From: Flavobacteriaceae bacterium
GTDB lineage: Bacteria; Bacteroidota; Bacteroidia; Flavobacteriales; Flavobacteriaceae
Direction: 5' to 3'
Length of the DNA: 64,000 bases
Assembly (NCBI GenBank): GCA_049614485.1
Contig: JBMZDR010000008.1
Location: 29,606 to 93,605 of the forward strand
Position numbers and translations under genes: made by a program. Shown in pieces: positions 27,598-36,997 of this stretch (within the stretch, counting starts at the first letter, position 1; each line of letters opens with the position of its first letter). Below the pieces are notes generated by a model, which ran no database searches, was not told where the DNA came from, and was given only the letters and a program-made list of their open reading frames with translations.

Positions 27598-27864
27598 ATG
27601 CCAATAAATATTTAAATGAATACTATAAATAAATATTCTAAAAAAATTCACTTAGAAATTTATTTGGCATCGCTATAATAATCTTTCTAAAGTACTACGA
27701 AACAATTGTATTTCTCTGCTTCTTAAATTCCTTTACGTGATTATTTAGCTTGTGAGATATAATTAACATTATCAATATATAATTACTATTGTATAACTAG
27801 TATATCTCAATTTTCAATATATAAAGTTAGTAAATAATGTGTTGATATGCAATAGTTTACGTGT

Positions 27865-28632
27865 TTATTTTATATTGTTTACAAACTGCTTAATGTCTTT
27901 TGATAAATTGGTAGATTTTTTTAAACGTTTAATAAATGCACTGCCTATAATAGCACCATCAGCATACGTACAGGCTTTAGAAAATGTATCTGCATTGCTA
28001 ATACCAAAGCCAATCAATTTCGGAACACATAGTTCTAGATTATTGATGTAGTTAAAATAGTCTATTTGGCTGTCTTGAATATCACTTTTGCTTCCTGTGA
28101 TTGCAAACGAAGATACAACATACAAAAACGCAGTACTTTCGTTAGCTATAAGTTTGATGCGTTCTTCAGAGGTTTGTGGTGTAATTAAGAAGCTCATTTT
28201 TAAATCATGAGTTTCAAATAAAGTTTTATAATCTTCTAAATAAATGTCCAAAGGTAAATCTGGTAATATAAGTCCATCTACGCCAACGTCTTTTGCTTTT
28301 AATAAAAATTCCTCGGTACCATATTTAACGATTTGATTTAAATAACCCATTAACATAATTGGGATATTAACAGTTTTTCTGATTTCTTGTATTTGCTCAA
28401 AAATCAAATCAAGAGTAATTCCGTTTTGTATAGCAATTTCACTACTCTGTTGTATGGTTGGTCCGTCAGCAAGAGGATCAGAAAAAGGCATGCCAATTTC
28501 AACCATGTCTACACCCGAAGCGGCTAAGTTTTTAACAACATCTATAGTGTCTTTTAATTTAGGAAACCCAGCAGTGGTATATATGTTTAAAATATTCTTT
28601 TTAGTAGAAAATAAATGTTCAAGTCTATTCAT
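27865..28632 (-). CDS. trpA: Tryptophan synthase alpha chain
   Basis: 255 aa; VEIGMPFSDPLADGPTIQ and GFGIS motifs; last gene of the trp operon. Confidence 0.94.
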   Translation of the reverse strand: MNRLEHLFSTKKNILNIYTTAGFPKLKDTIDVVKNLAASGVDMVEIGMPFSDPLADGPTIQQSSEIAIQNGITLDLIFEQIQEIRKTVNIPIMLMGYLNQIVKYGTEEFLLKAKDVGVDGLILPDLPLDIYLEDYKTLFETHDLKMSFLITPQTSEERIKLIANESTAFLYVVSSFAITGSKSDIQDSQIDYFNYINNLELCVPKLIGFGISNADTFSKACTYADGAIIGSAFIKRLKKSTNLSKDIKQFVNNIK

Positions 28633-28642
28633 TTTATCCGTA

Positions 28643-29830
28643 TTATAAATTTGAATTCATTTTAGCGATATAAGTCTCCATGTCTTTATCACCTCGTCCA
28701 GATAAGTTGACGACTACACAGTCATCAGGTGACAACTCTAACTTATTTAAAGCAGCCAATGCATGTGCAGATTCTAAGGCTGGAATAATACCTTCAATTT
28801 TGGTAAGTTCGTAAGCAGCGTTCAAAGCTTCTTTATCTGTAACACCGATAAACGTCCCTCTGCCACTTTTAAATAAATGTGCGTGTAAAGGTCCAACTCC
28901 AGGATAATCTAATCCTGCTGAAATAGAATAAGGCTCAGTGATTTGACCTTCGTCATTTTGCATTAACAACGTTTTACTTCCGTGGATAATTCCTTCAGTT
29001 CCTAGTTGTGTAGTTGCGGCACTTTTTCCTGTTGCAACACCTAAACCATCAGCTTCAACGGCAATAAGTTCTACGTTAGTGTCATCTAGATAATGATAAA
29101 ATGCCCCTGCAGCGTTACTACCACCTCCAACACAAGCAATAATTTTATCAGGATAATCCTTTCCTGTTTTTTCAGTTAATTGCGTTTTCATTTCCTCACT
29201 AATAACCGATTGAAAACGGGCTACCATATCAGGGTAGGGATGTGGTCCTACTACAGAACCTATTAGATAATACGTGTCAACCGGATTTGCAATCCAATCA
29301 CGAATTGCTTCATTAGTAGCATCTTTTAGAGTTTTACTTCCAGAGGTTGCCGCACGAACTTCTGCGCCTAACATTTTCATGCGTGCAACATTTGGTGCTT
29401 GACGTTGAATGTCAATTTCTCCCATGTACACAATACATTTTAAGCCCATTAAAGCGCAAACAGTAGCTGTAGCTACACCGTGTTGTCCAGCACCAGTTTC
29501 AGCAATGATTCTTTGTTTACCCATTTTTTGTGCCAATAGAATTTGACCAATGGTGTTATTCACTTTATGTGCACCAGTATGATTTAAATCTTCACGTTTT
29601 AAATAGATGGTGCTATTGTATTTTTTAGATAGGTTTTTTGCTAAATAGAGTGGTGTTGGCCTACCTACATAATCCTTTAATAATTCTTTATATTCTTTTT
29701 TAAACGCATCAGATTCTATAATGTCTAAATAACATTCTTTAAGTTCATTCACGTTATGATAGAGCATTTCAGGGATGTACGCACCACCAAAATCACCATA
29801 AAACCCTTTCTTATTAACTGTATAATTCAT
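28643..29830 (-). CDS. trpB: Tryptophan synthase beta chain
   Basis: PLP-lysine context [11 protein letters not shown]; [15 protein letters not shown]. Confidence 0.96.
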   Translation of the reverse strand: MNYTVNKKGFYGDFGGAYIPEMLYHNVNELKECYLDIIESDAFKKEYKELLKDYVGRPTPLYLAKNLSKKYNSTIYLKREDLNHTGAHKVNNTIGQILLAQKMGKQRIIAETGAGQHGVATATVCALMGLKCIVYMGEIDIQRQAPNVARMKMLGAEVRAATSGSKTLKDATNEAIRDWIANPVDTYYLIGSVVGPHPYPDMVARFQSVISEEMKTQLTEKTGKDYPDKIIACVGGGSNAAGAFYHYLDDTNVELIAVEADGLGVATGKSAATTQLGTEGIIHGSKTLLMQNDEGQITEPYSISAGLDYPGVGPLHAHLFKSGRGTFIGVTDKEALNAAYELTKIEGIIPALESAHALAALNKLELSPDDCVVVNLSGRGDKDMETYIAKMNSNL

Positions 29831-29897
29831 TTCTAAATGCTTTAATGCCCTCCTGTGGGTTTATATTATGATTTTCGTTCCTGTAAGGACGATATAT

Positions 29898-30518
29898 TTA
29901 GTTTGACTTCCTGATAGTTTCACTGAAAGATTTAATACTCTTAATATTTTTCAGTGCGGGAGCAGTTTCAAAACCACTATTAATATCTATTCCCGAAAAC
30001 TTTAAATGAGTGATATTCTTAATAGAACTCACCATTGTGTCATTAATTCCGCCACTCAATAAAAATGGTAATTCCCCTTTGTAATTATTTAATAACGCCC
30101 AATCGAAAGCAATACCATTACCACCGGCTTGTTTGCCGAAGGCATCAAACAAAAAGTAATCACAAAATGATTCGTATGATTTTAATGTAGTAAAGTCAAA
30201 TGCCTCAGAAATATTGAATGCTTTGATAATCTTTAGCCCTTTGTTTTTTAATTCAGAACAAAATTCTGGCGACTCATTGCCGTGTAACTGAATGTAATCT
30301 AAATTGAAAGCTTTGATTTTTTCAGTAATAAATTCTATCGGTTTATTAACAAAAACACCAACCTTTGAAATGTCTTTAGGAATTGTAATTGATATAGTAT
30401 GAGTCACATTTCTAGGCGATTTTTCATGAAATATAAACCCCATAAAATCTGGTTTTAACTCAGAAAGCGCTTTGATGTTTTCCTTATCACGCATTCCACA
30501 TACTTTTAATTTAAGCAT
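29898..30518 (-). CDS. trpF: Phosphoribosylanthranilate isomerase
   Basis: MLKLKVCGM start, QLHG, and operon position between trpC and trpB. Confidence 0.9.
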   Translation of the reverse strand: MLKLKVCGMRDKENIKALSELKPDFMGFIFHEKSPRNVTHTISITIPKDISKVGVFVNKPIEFITEKIKAFNLDYIQLHGNESPEFCSELKNKGLKIIKAFNISEAFDFTTLKSYESFCDYFLFDAFGKQAGGNGIAFDWALLNNYKGELPFLLSGGINDTMVSSIKNITHLKFSGIDINSGFETAPALKNIKSIKSFSETIRKSN

Positions 30519-31308
30519 GGCAGTTCTTGTTTATGTTCTCAATAAATGTTTTGCATGCAAGGCCTGGATTTTCTGTTTTCATAAAGTTTTCACCAATAAG
30601 AAAGCCGTCAAATCCGTGAGTTTTTAAATATTCAATATTTTTATAATCACTAATGCCGCTTTCTGCAATTTTGACTGTTTGTTTCGGTAAAGCTTTTGCT
30701 AAACGAATCGCATTTTCAAAATCGACTTCAAAGGTGTTTAAGTTCCTATTGTTAATTCCTACAAGACTAATGTCTGAGTTGTATTTTTCAAGTTCTTTTT
30801 CGGTGTGAATTTCCAACAACACCTCTAATCCAATACTATGAGCAAGAGTCGTAAATGTTTTAATTTCTGCTTTTGTCAATACAGAGCCAATTAATAAAAT
30901 AGCATTTGCGCCAATAGATTTTGCTTCAATAATTTGATATTCATCAATTGTAAAATCTTTCCTTAAAATAGGAATGTTATTTGCTTGTCGAGCTGTTATA
31001 ACATCATCATTACATCCACCAAAAAAATGTGTATCTGTTAAAACGGATAAAGCAGACGCTCCTGCTGAATTATACCCTTTAGTAACGTCTGTAACTAATG
31101 CGGTGTGATTTATAATGCCTTTAGAAGGCGATTTTCGTTTGAATTCAGCAATTATCCCAGACCTGCTTTTATCTAAAATAAACTCCTTTAATGAAATTTC
31201 AGGAGATTGAAAATGGCAACTGCTCTCAAGAATTTTTGTAGGTTTTTCTTGTTTCGCTTTCGCTACTTCAGTTTTTTTATGAGCAATTATGGTATCTAAA
31301 ATAGTCAT
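30511..31308 (-). CDS. trpC: Indole-3-glycerol-phosphate synthase
   Basis: IAEFKRKSPSKG and LRKDF motifs. Start trimmed to MTILDTII (ATG at 31308), just after the trpD stop. Confidence 0.92.
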   Translation of the reverse strand: MTILDTIIAHKKTEVAKAKQEKPTKILESSCHFQSPEISLKEFILDKSRSGIIAEFKRKSPSKGIINHTALVTDVTKGYNSAGASALSVLTDTHFFGGCNDDVITARQANNIPILRKDFTIDEYQIIEAKSIGANAILLIGSVLTKAEIKTFTTLAHSIGLEVLLEIHTEKELEKYNSDISLVGINNRNLNTFEVDFENAIRLAKALPKQTVKIAESGISDYKNIEYLKTHGFDGFLIGENFMKTENPGLACKTFIENINKNCHA

Positions 31309-31310
31309 AG

Positions 31311-32324
31311 TTAGTGCGTTACTTTTGTTAAACTTGCTAATGCTCTTCCTGACAGTAAAGACTCTTTGGCTATTGCAATACAATCTTCTAATGTTTCTTG
31401 TGGCTCCATACAGTTTATGGCATGAGCCGCATTAGCTAAAACAACATTTTGTTGTGATTGCGTGCTTTTGTTTTGTAGTACATTTGTAAAAATAACCGCG
31501 GCATCTTTTATAGAATGTCCTCCAAAAATAGCATCCTGTTTATGAGTAGGAAATCCAATTTGTTCTGGTGATAAGATAGCTTCATTTGTATTAGAAAATT
31601 TCTTGAATTTTCCTGTTAATGAAATTTCATCATAACCATCTAAACTGTGTAATATGCTGTAGTTTTTATTAGATTTTTGAAGCATGTAGTTATAGATTCG
31701 TGCAATTTCTAAGTTAAAAACACCCACTAATTGGTTTTGAGGGTTACTCGGATTTACTAACGGACCTAACATATTAAAAAACGTTTTTATACCTAATTCT
31801 TTTCTAATTGGCGCTACGTTTTTCATTGCTGGGTGAAATAAAGGAGCGTGCATCATACAAAAATTAGCAGTATCTAATTGTTTTTTTAAAGTTGACTCAT
31901 TATTAGTGAATTTATAACCTAGGTGTTCTAAAACATTGGATGAGCCACAAGAAGAGGATACACCATAGTTACCATGTTTAGCCACTTTATATCCTGCGCC
32001 AGCAACAACAAATGCCGCTAAAGTTGATATGTTAAACGTATCTTTTCCATCACCACCTGTTCCACACACATCAATCGTATTGAAGTCGGAGAAATCTATT
32101 TTTATACATAAATCTAATAAAGCTTTTTGAAAACCTGACAGTTCATCTGCAGAAATATTACGCATTAAAAAAACCGTTAAAAAAGAAGCAATTTGTGATG
32201 TGTTAAAATCACCTTTCCCGATACGAGTTAACGTCTCGTAGGCTTGTTCTTTGGTTAACTTTTGATGATCAAATAAGTGGTGTAACCTTAACATTGGATT
32301 AGTCTTTTTTAGTGTAGATTCCAT
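31311..32324 (-). CDS. trpD: Anthranilate phosphoribosyltransferase
   Basis: VCGTGGDGKDTFNIST and KHGN motifs. An alternative start at MLRLHH (32294) is possible. Confidence 0.93.
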   Translation of the reverse strand: MESTLKKTNPMLRLHHLFDHQKLTKEQAYETLTRIGKGDFNTSQIASFLTVFLMRNISADELSGFQKALLDLCIKIDFSDFNTIDVCGTGGDGKDTFNISTLAAFVVAGAGYKVAKHGNYGVSSSCGSSNVLEHLGYKFTNNESTLKKQLDTANFCMMHAPLFHPAMKNVAPIRKELGIKTFFNMLGPLVNPSNPQNQLVGVFNLEIARIYNYMLQKSNKNYSILHSLDGYDEISLTGKFKKFSNTNEAILSPEQIGFPTHKQDAIFGGHSIKDAAVIFTNVLQNKSTQSQQNVVLANAAHAINCMEPQETLEDCIAIAKESLLSGRALASLTKVTH

Positions 32325-32328
32325 AGGT

Positions 32329-32901
32329 TTAGATGTCTAAGAAATTAGTAATGATCTCTCTCCCATGAGTTGTTAATATTGACTCTGGATGGTATTGTAC
32401 ACCGTACACATTATAATCTTGATGCTTGATAGACATGACTTGATCATTGTCATCTGTAGCCGTTATTTTTAATATGTTCGGGAAATTTGTGTTTGATATT
32501 ACCCAGCTATGATATCGACCAACTTCTAGAGTTTTTGGAAGGTTTTTATAAATTAAATCATCAGTGTTTAATACAGTTATTTTTGTGGCAACACCATGAA
32601 ATACATCGTTGAGGTTGTCTAGTTGACCACCAAAAACCTCACCAATTGCTTGCATTCCCAAACAAACACCTAATATTTTTTTTGTTGATGCATAACGAGC
32701 TATCAACTCTTTTAAAATACCAGCTTCATCAGGCAAACCAGGTCCTGGTGAAAGTATAATAGTATCATACCTATTAACTGTGTCAATTGAAATTTCATCA
32801 TTTCTATAAACATCAACAGAATATTTGGGGTTAGATTCTATGTAATGCACTAAGTTATAAGTGAATGAATCGTAATTGTCAAGTACTAGTATCTTTTCCA
32901 T
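32329..32901 (-). CDS. trpG: Anthranilate synthase component II (glutamine amidotransferase)
   Basis: Catalytic GVCLGMQ Cys and the HPES triad. Confidence 0.93.
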   Translation of the reverse strand: MEKILVLDNYDSFTYNLVHYIESNPKYSVDVYRNDEISIDTVNRYDTIILSPGPGLPDEAGILKELIARYASTKKILGVCLGMQAIGEVFGGQLDNLNDVFHGVATKITVLNTDDLIYKNLPKTLEVGRYHSWVISNTNFPNILKITATDDNDQVMSIKHQDYNVYGVQYHPESILTTHGREIITNFLDI

Positions 32902-32903
32902 AA

Positions 32904-34286
32904 TTATATATTTTCTGCTAAAACTAAAGCTTGTTTTAAAGCGCTTAATTTATTATTAACTTCTTGTAATTCGTTATCTTCATTAGAGTTTACTGTTATT
33001 CCAGCTCCGGCTTGGCTATACAATGTGTTGTTTTTACTCATAAAGCTTCTTATTGTGATGGCGTGATTAACACTGCCATCAAACCCAAAGATACCAATTG
33101 CACCGCCATAAAACCCTCTATTTTGGTTTTCAAATTTATTTATCAATTGCATTGCTCTATACTTTGGAGCTCCAGATAACGTTCCTGCAGGAAAGGTGTC
33201 GGCAAACATCTGAATGGCATCTTCATTTTTATTATCGGCTTCAACTTCAGAAACCAAATGAATCACATGGCTATAAAACTGAACTTCTTTATAGGTTTTA
33301 ATAGTCACGTTTTTTCCGTGTCTGCTCAAATCATTTCGTGCTAAGTCAACTAACATGGTGTGTTCAGCATTTTCTTTTGGATCTTTTGCTAAAGCTTCTG
33401 CTAGTTTCTGATCCTCTATATCGTTACCAGTTCGTTTGAAAGTTCCGGCAATTGGGTTGATAGTTGTTTTGCCATGAGCGACTTTTAATTGTGCTTCAGG
33501 AGATGAGCCAAACAATTTGAAATCACCAAAATCGAAATAAAATAAATAAGGTGATGGGTTTATAGAACGTAAAGCTCTGTATACATTAAAATCATCACCC
33601 TTAAATTTTTGAGAAAATTGACGTGATAATACCACCTGGAAAACATCACCTAATTGACAGTGCTCTTTTCCTTTGCTGACCATGTGTTTAAATTCTTTGT
33701 CAGTAATATTTGATGTTTGGTTGCCTTCTATATTAAAATGATATTTAGGATGGTTATGATTCTGTACTAATTGTTTTATACTTTCAATTTCAGATTTAGC
33801 ACCTTCAACACAGTTTTCTAAAATGGTCATTTCATTTTTAAAATGATCTATTTGAATAATAAATTGAAATAATGAATAATGCATCTCTGGGGTTGTGTTT
33901 TTTCTCTTGTGTTCGTCAAAGTTAATGGTGTCAAAATACTGCACAGCATCATAACTGCTGTAGCCAAAAATACCATTGGTAACGTGGTCATTTTTTTCAA
34001 CATTAAAAGCAGTAATAAAATTTTGTAAATGTTTTGTCACCTCTTTTCTTGAACCGACTTCAGTTTTTGATTCTTTACCTAAAATTGAAGTTGTAACTGT
34101 ATTATGTTGCGCAATAAATGTAGCTAAAGGTTTTAAGCATATGAATGAAAAATTGTTTTCATTTCCATGATAATCAGAGCTTTCAAGGAGAAAACTATTA
34201 TGAAATTGATCACGCAGTTTTAGGTATAAACCAACTGGTGTTATAGTGTCTGATAAGCTTGTGGATATTAAAGTATTTATGTTCAT
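32904..34286 (-). CDS. trpE: Anthranilate synthase component I
   Basis: Chorismate-binding core (LSGAPKYRAMQLI, GFYGGAIG); N-terminal LESS-type motif (FLLESSDYHG). Confidence 0.95.
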   Translation of the reverse strand: MNINTLISTSLSDTITPVGLYLKLRDQFHNSFLLESSDYHGNENNFSFICLKPLATFIAQHNTVTTSILGKESKTEVGSRKEVTKHLQNFITAFNVEKNDHVTNGIFGYSSYDAVQYFDTINFDEHKRKNTTPEMHYSLFQFIIQIDHFKNEMTILENCVEGAKSEIESIKQLVQNHNHPKYHFNIEGNQTSNITDKEFKHMVSKGKEHCQLGDVFQVVLSRQFSQKFKGDDFNVYRALRSINPSPYLFYFDFGDFKLFGSSPEAQLKVAHGKTTINPIAGTFKRTGNDIEDQKLAEALAKDPKENAEHTMLVDLARNDLSRHGKNVTIKTYKEVQFYSHVIHLVSEVEADNKNEDAIQMFADTFPAGTLSGAPKYRAMQLINKFENQNRGFYGGAIGIFGFDGSVNHAITIRSFMSKNNTLYSQAGAGITVNSNEDNELQEVNNKLSALKQALVLAENI

Positions 34287-34301
34287 TTCATTTTTGTGTA
34301 T

Positions 34302-34333
34302 AAAAAAAGGCTTACCGAAAACGGTAAGCCTTT
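34302..34333 (-). terminator. trp attenuator terminator
   Basis: Minus strand AAAGGCTTACCG-TTTT-CGGTAAGCCTTT with a T7 run, ending 15 nt before the trpE ATG and starting 23 nt after the leader-peptide stop. Confidence 0.85.
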
Positions 34334-34356
34334 GTTATGTGTTATATATAAACAGG

Positions 34357-34428
34357 TTACGAGTTCACGATTATTGAGTTAAATCGGAACCACCACCAGT
34401 TTGTGTTATATGTTGTTGTTACATTCAT
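34357..34428 (-). CDS. trpL: trp operon leader peptide, 23 aa (MNVTTTYNTNWWWFRFNSIIVNS)
   Basis: ATG AAT GTA ACA ACA ACA TAT AAC ACA AAC TGG TGG TGG TTC CGA TTT AAC TCA ATA ATC GTG AAC TCG TAA, read directly from the minus strand. Three consecutive Trp codons sit immediately upstream of the terminator and trpE. Confidence 0.75.
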   Translation of the reverse strand: MNVTTTYNTNWWWFRFNSIIVNS

Positions 34429-34437
34429 AATTTAAAG

Positions 34438-34469
34438 CAAATTTATGTAAAATATAAACTGATAACCAA
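34438..34469 (-). promoter_or_regulatory. Candidate trp promoter (-7 TAAATTTG at 34445..34438; TTG at 34469..34467)
   Basis: TAnnTTTG match with a TTG 21 nt upstream. It lies only 9 nt from the leader ATG, which would imply a near-leaderless mRNA, hence low confidence. Confidence 0.3.
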
Positions 34470-34639
34470 ATAAATAATAAAAATAAATTAAATTTTAGCT
34501 AAATGCGTGTGTTTTTGCAGTGTGTATGTTGTTATTAATCAGTTATTTTTCGTTTTTTTTTTAAATAACTGGGTAACGTTTTATTGAAATAAGGAACTTT
34601 ATAATAGAAACTCTTAATAATCATTTAAATTATAGTATT

Positions 34640-35308
34640 ATGAAAATTAAATTATTTTTATTGTGTTGTTTGTTTTCTTTTTCAGTTCAATCTCAAGTAG
34701 GGATAGCAACAACTAACCCGCAAGCTATGCTTGATATTAATGGCGATCTTAGTGTACAATTAATTAATAACGGTACAGTTTTAGCGACGGAAAATTCGGT
34801 GCTAATTGTTGATCGTAATGACAATAATATATTTAAGAAAGTATCTTCTGAAGATGTTGTGAATAGTTATTTGAAAAGTTTAGTTAAAGGAAGCTTCTCT
34901 GGGTCATCAACAGGTATAACTATATCATCTTTAAGTTGGAATACGATTCCGTTTGATAATGAAGATATTGACAAAAATAATGAGTATAATACATCATCTT
35001 ATGATTTTACAGCATTACAAAATGGGATATATGAAGTGTATTCTCAAATAAAAATAGATCCAGTTTCTGCGGGAGATTTTGGTATTGGGGTTTTTAAAGT
35101 TGTTTCTGGTACTGAAACCTTAATGGCAGAAGAAAATTATGCCGGAGTACAAGTTTTAAGTGTTAATGTGTCCTCTCCATATAGAAGAGTAACTACTGTT
35201 ATAGAATTAAATGCAGGTGAGTCCATTAGGTTTAAAGTATACTCATTAGCGTCTGTAACACTTACAGGGGGTGGGAATTCTTTTTTTAAGATCAAGCAAA
35301 TCAGATAA
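34640..35308 (+). CDS. Secreted protein with a C-terminal C1q/TNF-like jelly-roll domain
   Basis: Signal peptide and N-terminal VGIATTNPQAMLDINGDL motif. C-terminal IPFDNEDIDKNNEYNTSSYDFTALQNGIYEVYSQI ... IELNAGESIRFKV ... NSFFKIKQI follows the C1q-domain spacing of conserved F/N/G/Y/F residues. Confidence 0.6.
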   Translation: MKIKLFLLCCLFSFSVQSQVGIATTNPQAMLDINGDLSVQLINNGTVLATENSVLIVDRNDNNIFKKVSSEDVVNSYLKSLVKGSFSGSSTGITISSLSWNTIPFDNEDIDKNNEYNTSSYDFTALQNGIYEVYSQIKIDPVSAGDFGIGVFKVVSGTETLMAEENYAGVQVLSVNVSSPYRRVTTVIELNAGESIRFKVYSLASVTLTGGGNSFFKIKQIR

Positions 35309-35327
35309 GATAGGAGTTAAATTAAAT

Positions 35328-36560
35328 TTATCTTTTTAGATTTATAATACGTTGTAATAAACTAGGATGCGAATAATGAAACCAAACATAAGTAGGATGC
35401 GGTGTGAGGTTGCTTAAACTGTTTTTAGATAATTTTTTTAAAGCACTTATTAAATCACCTGAATTATATGTGTCTTTAGCATAATCATCAGCTTGGTATT
35501 CAAATTTTCGAGACAAAATGTTCATGAAAAAACCTGTGATTTGTGATATCGGACTGTACAACATACCGAAGGCAATCATGCCAATATGAAATGAAGGAAT
35601 TTTCACACCTAATGCTTCTGATAGCATTGGGTGTGATATAAAAACAGACAATAACCATAAGGTAAAACCAGTCACTAAAACTGATAAGGTTAGATTGTAA
35701 ATGATGTGCTTGCGTTTGTAATGTCCTACTTCATGTGCTAATACTGCAACAATTTCATCGTCATTTAAATCGTTAATTAAAGTATCAAACAGTGTGATGC
35801 GTTTCTGGCTTCCGAATCCTGAAAAATACGCATTGGCTTTTGTACTCCTTTTTGAGCCATCTATCACAAAAATGTTATCCAGTTCAAAACCAATGGTTTT
35901 TGCGTAAGCGGCAATTTTATCTCGTAAAGTTCCTTCTTCTAATGGTGTTTGTTTATTGAACAAGGGCACGATAAGTTTGGTATAAAACATATTCATGAAT
36001 AAACTGAATACGGTTACCACCCCCCATGCATACAACCAGAAATTCTTGCCCGCAACATCAAAAAACCAAATAATTAAGGCTAATATACCGCCACCAAGTA
36101 CGGCGCTCATCAGCCAACTTTTTAGTTTGTCTAAGAAAAATAATTTTTTAGTCGATTTGTTAAACCCGAATTTCTCTTCAATAACAAAAGTCTGGTAATA
36201 GGAGAAAGGCGTTGTGATAATATCCGAACCAATCATAATGATTCCGAAAAAGATTAAAGCAATTAGAATAGAATTATCGGTTATAGTTCTAGCATAATCA
36301 TCAACGAATTTAAACCCGTCAAAACAGATGAAGCTTAAAGTTAATGCAATTGAAAAGAATCCTGATAGTTTTCCGAATTTATAATTGGTAAGTTTATACT
36401 CTTGTGATTTTTTATAGTCATCAGCGTCATACACATCTTGTAAGTCTTCTGGTAACGCGTCATTGTAATGTTTGGCGTTGAGGTAATCTAAAAATTGATC
36501 AACCAAGTAATCAAAAATTAAAATTCCGATGATGATATAAAATAGTAATTGTGCAGTCAT
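35328..36560 (-). CDS. M48-family zinc metalloprotease (Ste24/HtpX-like, membrane)
   Basis: HEVGH zinc motif (LAHEVGHYKRKH) and multiple TM helices, 410 aa. Confidence 0.87.
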   Translation of the reverse strand: MTAQLLFYIIIGILIFDYLVDQFLDYLNAKHYNDALPEDLQDVYDADDYKKSQEYKLTNYKFGKLSGFFSIALTLSFICFDGFKFVDDYARTITDNSILIALIFFGIIMIGSDIITTPFSYYQTFVIEEKFGFNKSTKKLFFLDKLKSWLMSAVLGGGILALIIWFFDVAGKNFWLYAWGVVTVFSLFMNMFYTKLIVPLFNKQTPLEEGTLRDKIAAYAKTIGFELDNIFVIDGSKRSTKANAYFSGFGSQKRITLFDTLINDLNDDEIVAVLAHEVGHYKRKHIIYNLTLSVLVTGFTLWLLSVFISHPMLSEALGVKIPSFHIGMIAFGMLYSPISQITGFFMNILSRKFEYQADDYAKDTYNSGDLISALKKLSKNSLSNLTPHPTYVWFHYSHPSLLQRIINLKR

Positions 36561-36609
36561 ACTTGTTAATTAACAATTAATAATGTTTGATTAGTAATTT
36601 AAATAGAAA

Positions 36610-36954
36610 TTAGTCCCTTGAAGAATCTATTATTTTATAAAGTATTTTTAAAATACTGGTAAGTTCATTGTTTAAGAGTTCAAACTCTTCTAAAGTAATA
36701 TAATTAGTGTCCCTTAGGATTCTTAACCAATAATTAGTTTCTCTAGCTTCTTTATATGAAATAGACATTTTTGCTCTAAAGTCTTTTTTAGATATACCAC
36801 CTATTGCTTCTTCAACATTAGCTCCAATGGAAGTTCCAGATTTTAGAATTTGTTTTGATAAAATATACTCATTTGCGGCAATCAGTTTTTTACTTAAGAG
36901 TACTATTTTAACAGCGAAACTATATGTCTTTGTAGCAATTATATTTTCCTTCAT
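36610..36954 (-). CDS. Four-helix-bundle protein (23S rRNA intervening-sequence protein / Avd-like family)
   Basis: 114 aa; SGTSIGANVEEAIGGISKKDFRAKMSISYKEARETNYWLRIL is the family signature. Confidence 0.85.
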   Translation of the reverse strand: MKENIIATKTYSFAVKIVLLSKKLIAANEYILSKQILKSGTSIGANVEEAIGGISKKDFRAKMSISYKEARETNYWLRILRDTNYITLEEFELLNNELTSILKILYKIIDSSRD

Positions 36955-36997
36955 TAAACTAACTTTATAATAATTTTACATTATTAACCATTCATTG

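Noticed and set aside
27559-27612. 17-codon plus-strand mini-ORF (MKKSRIQVVRMNTALCQ) across the terminator hairpin
   Set aside because: It coincides with the hairpin sequence of a minus-strand terminator and has no promoter or other support. It is probably fortuitous.
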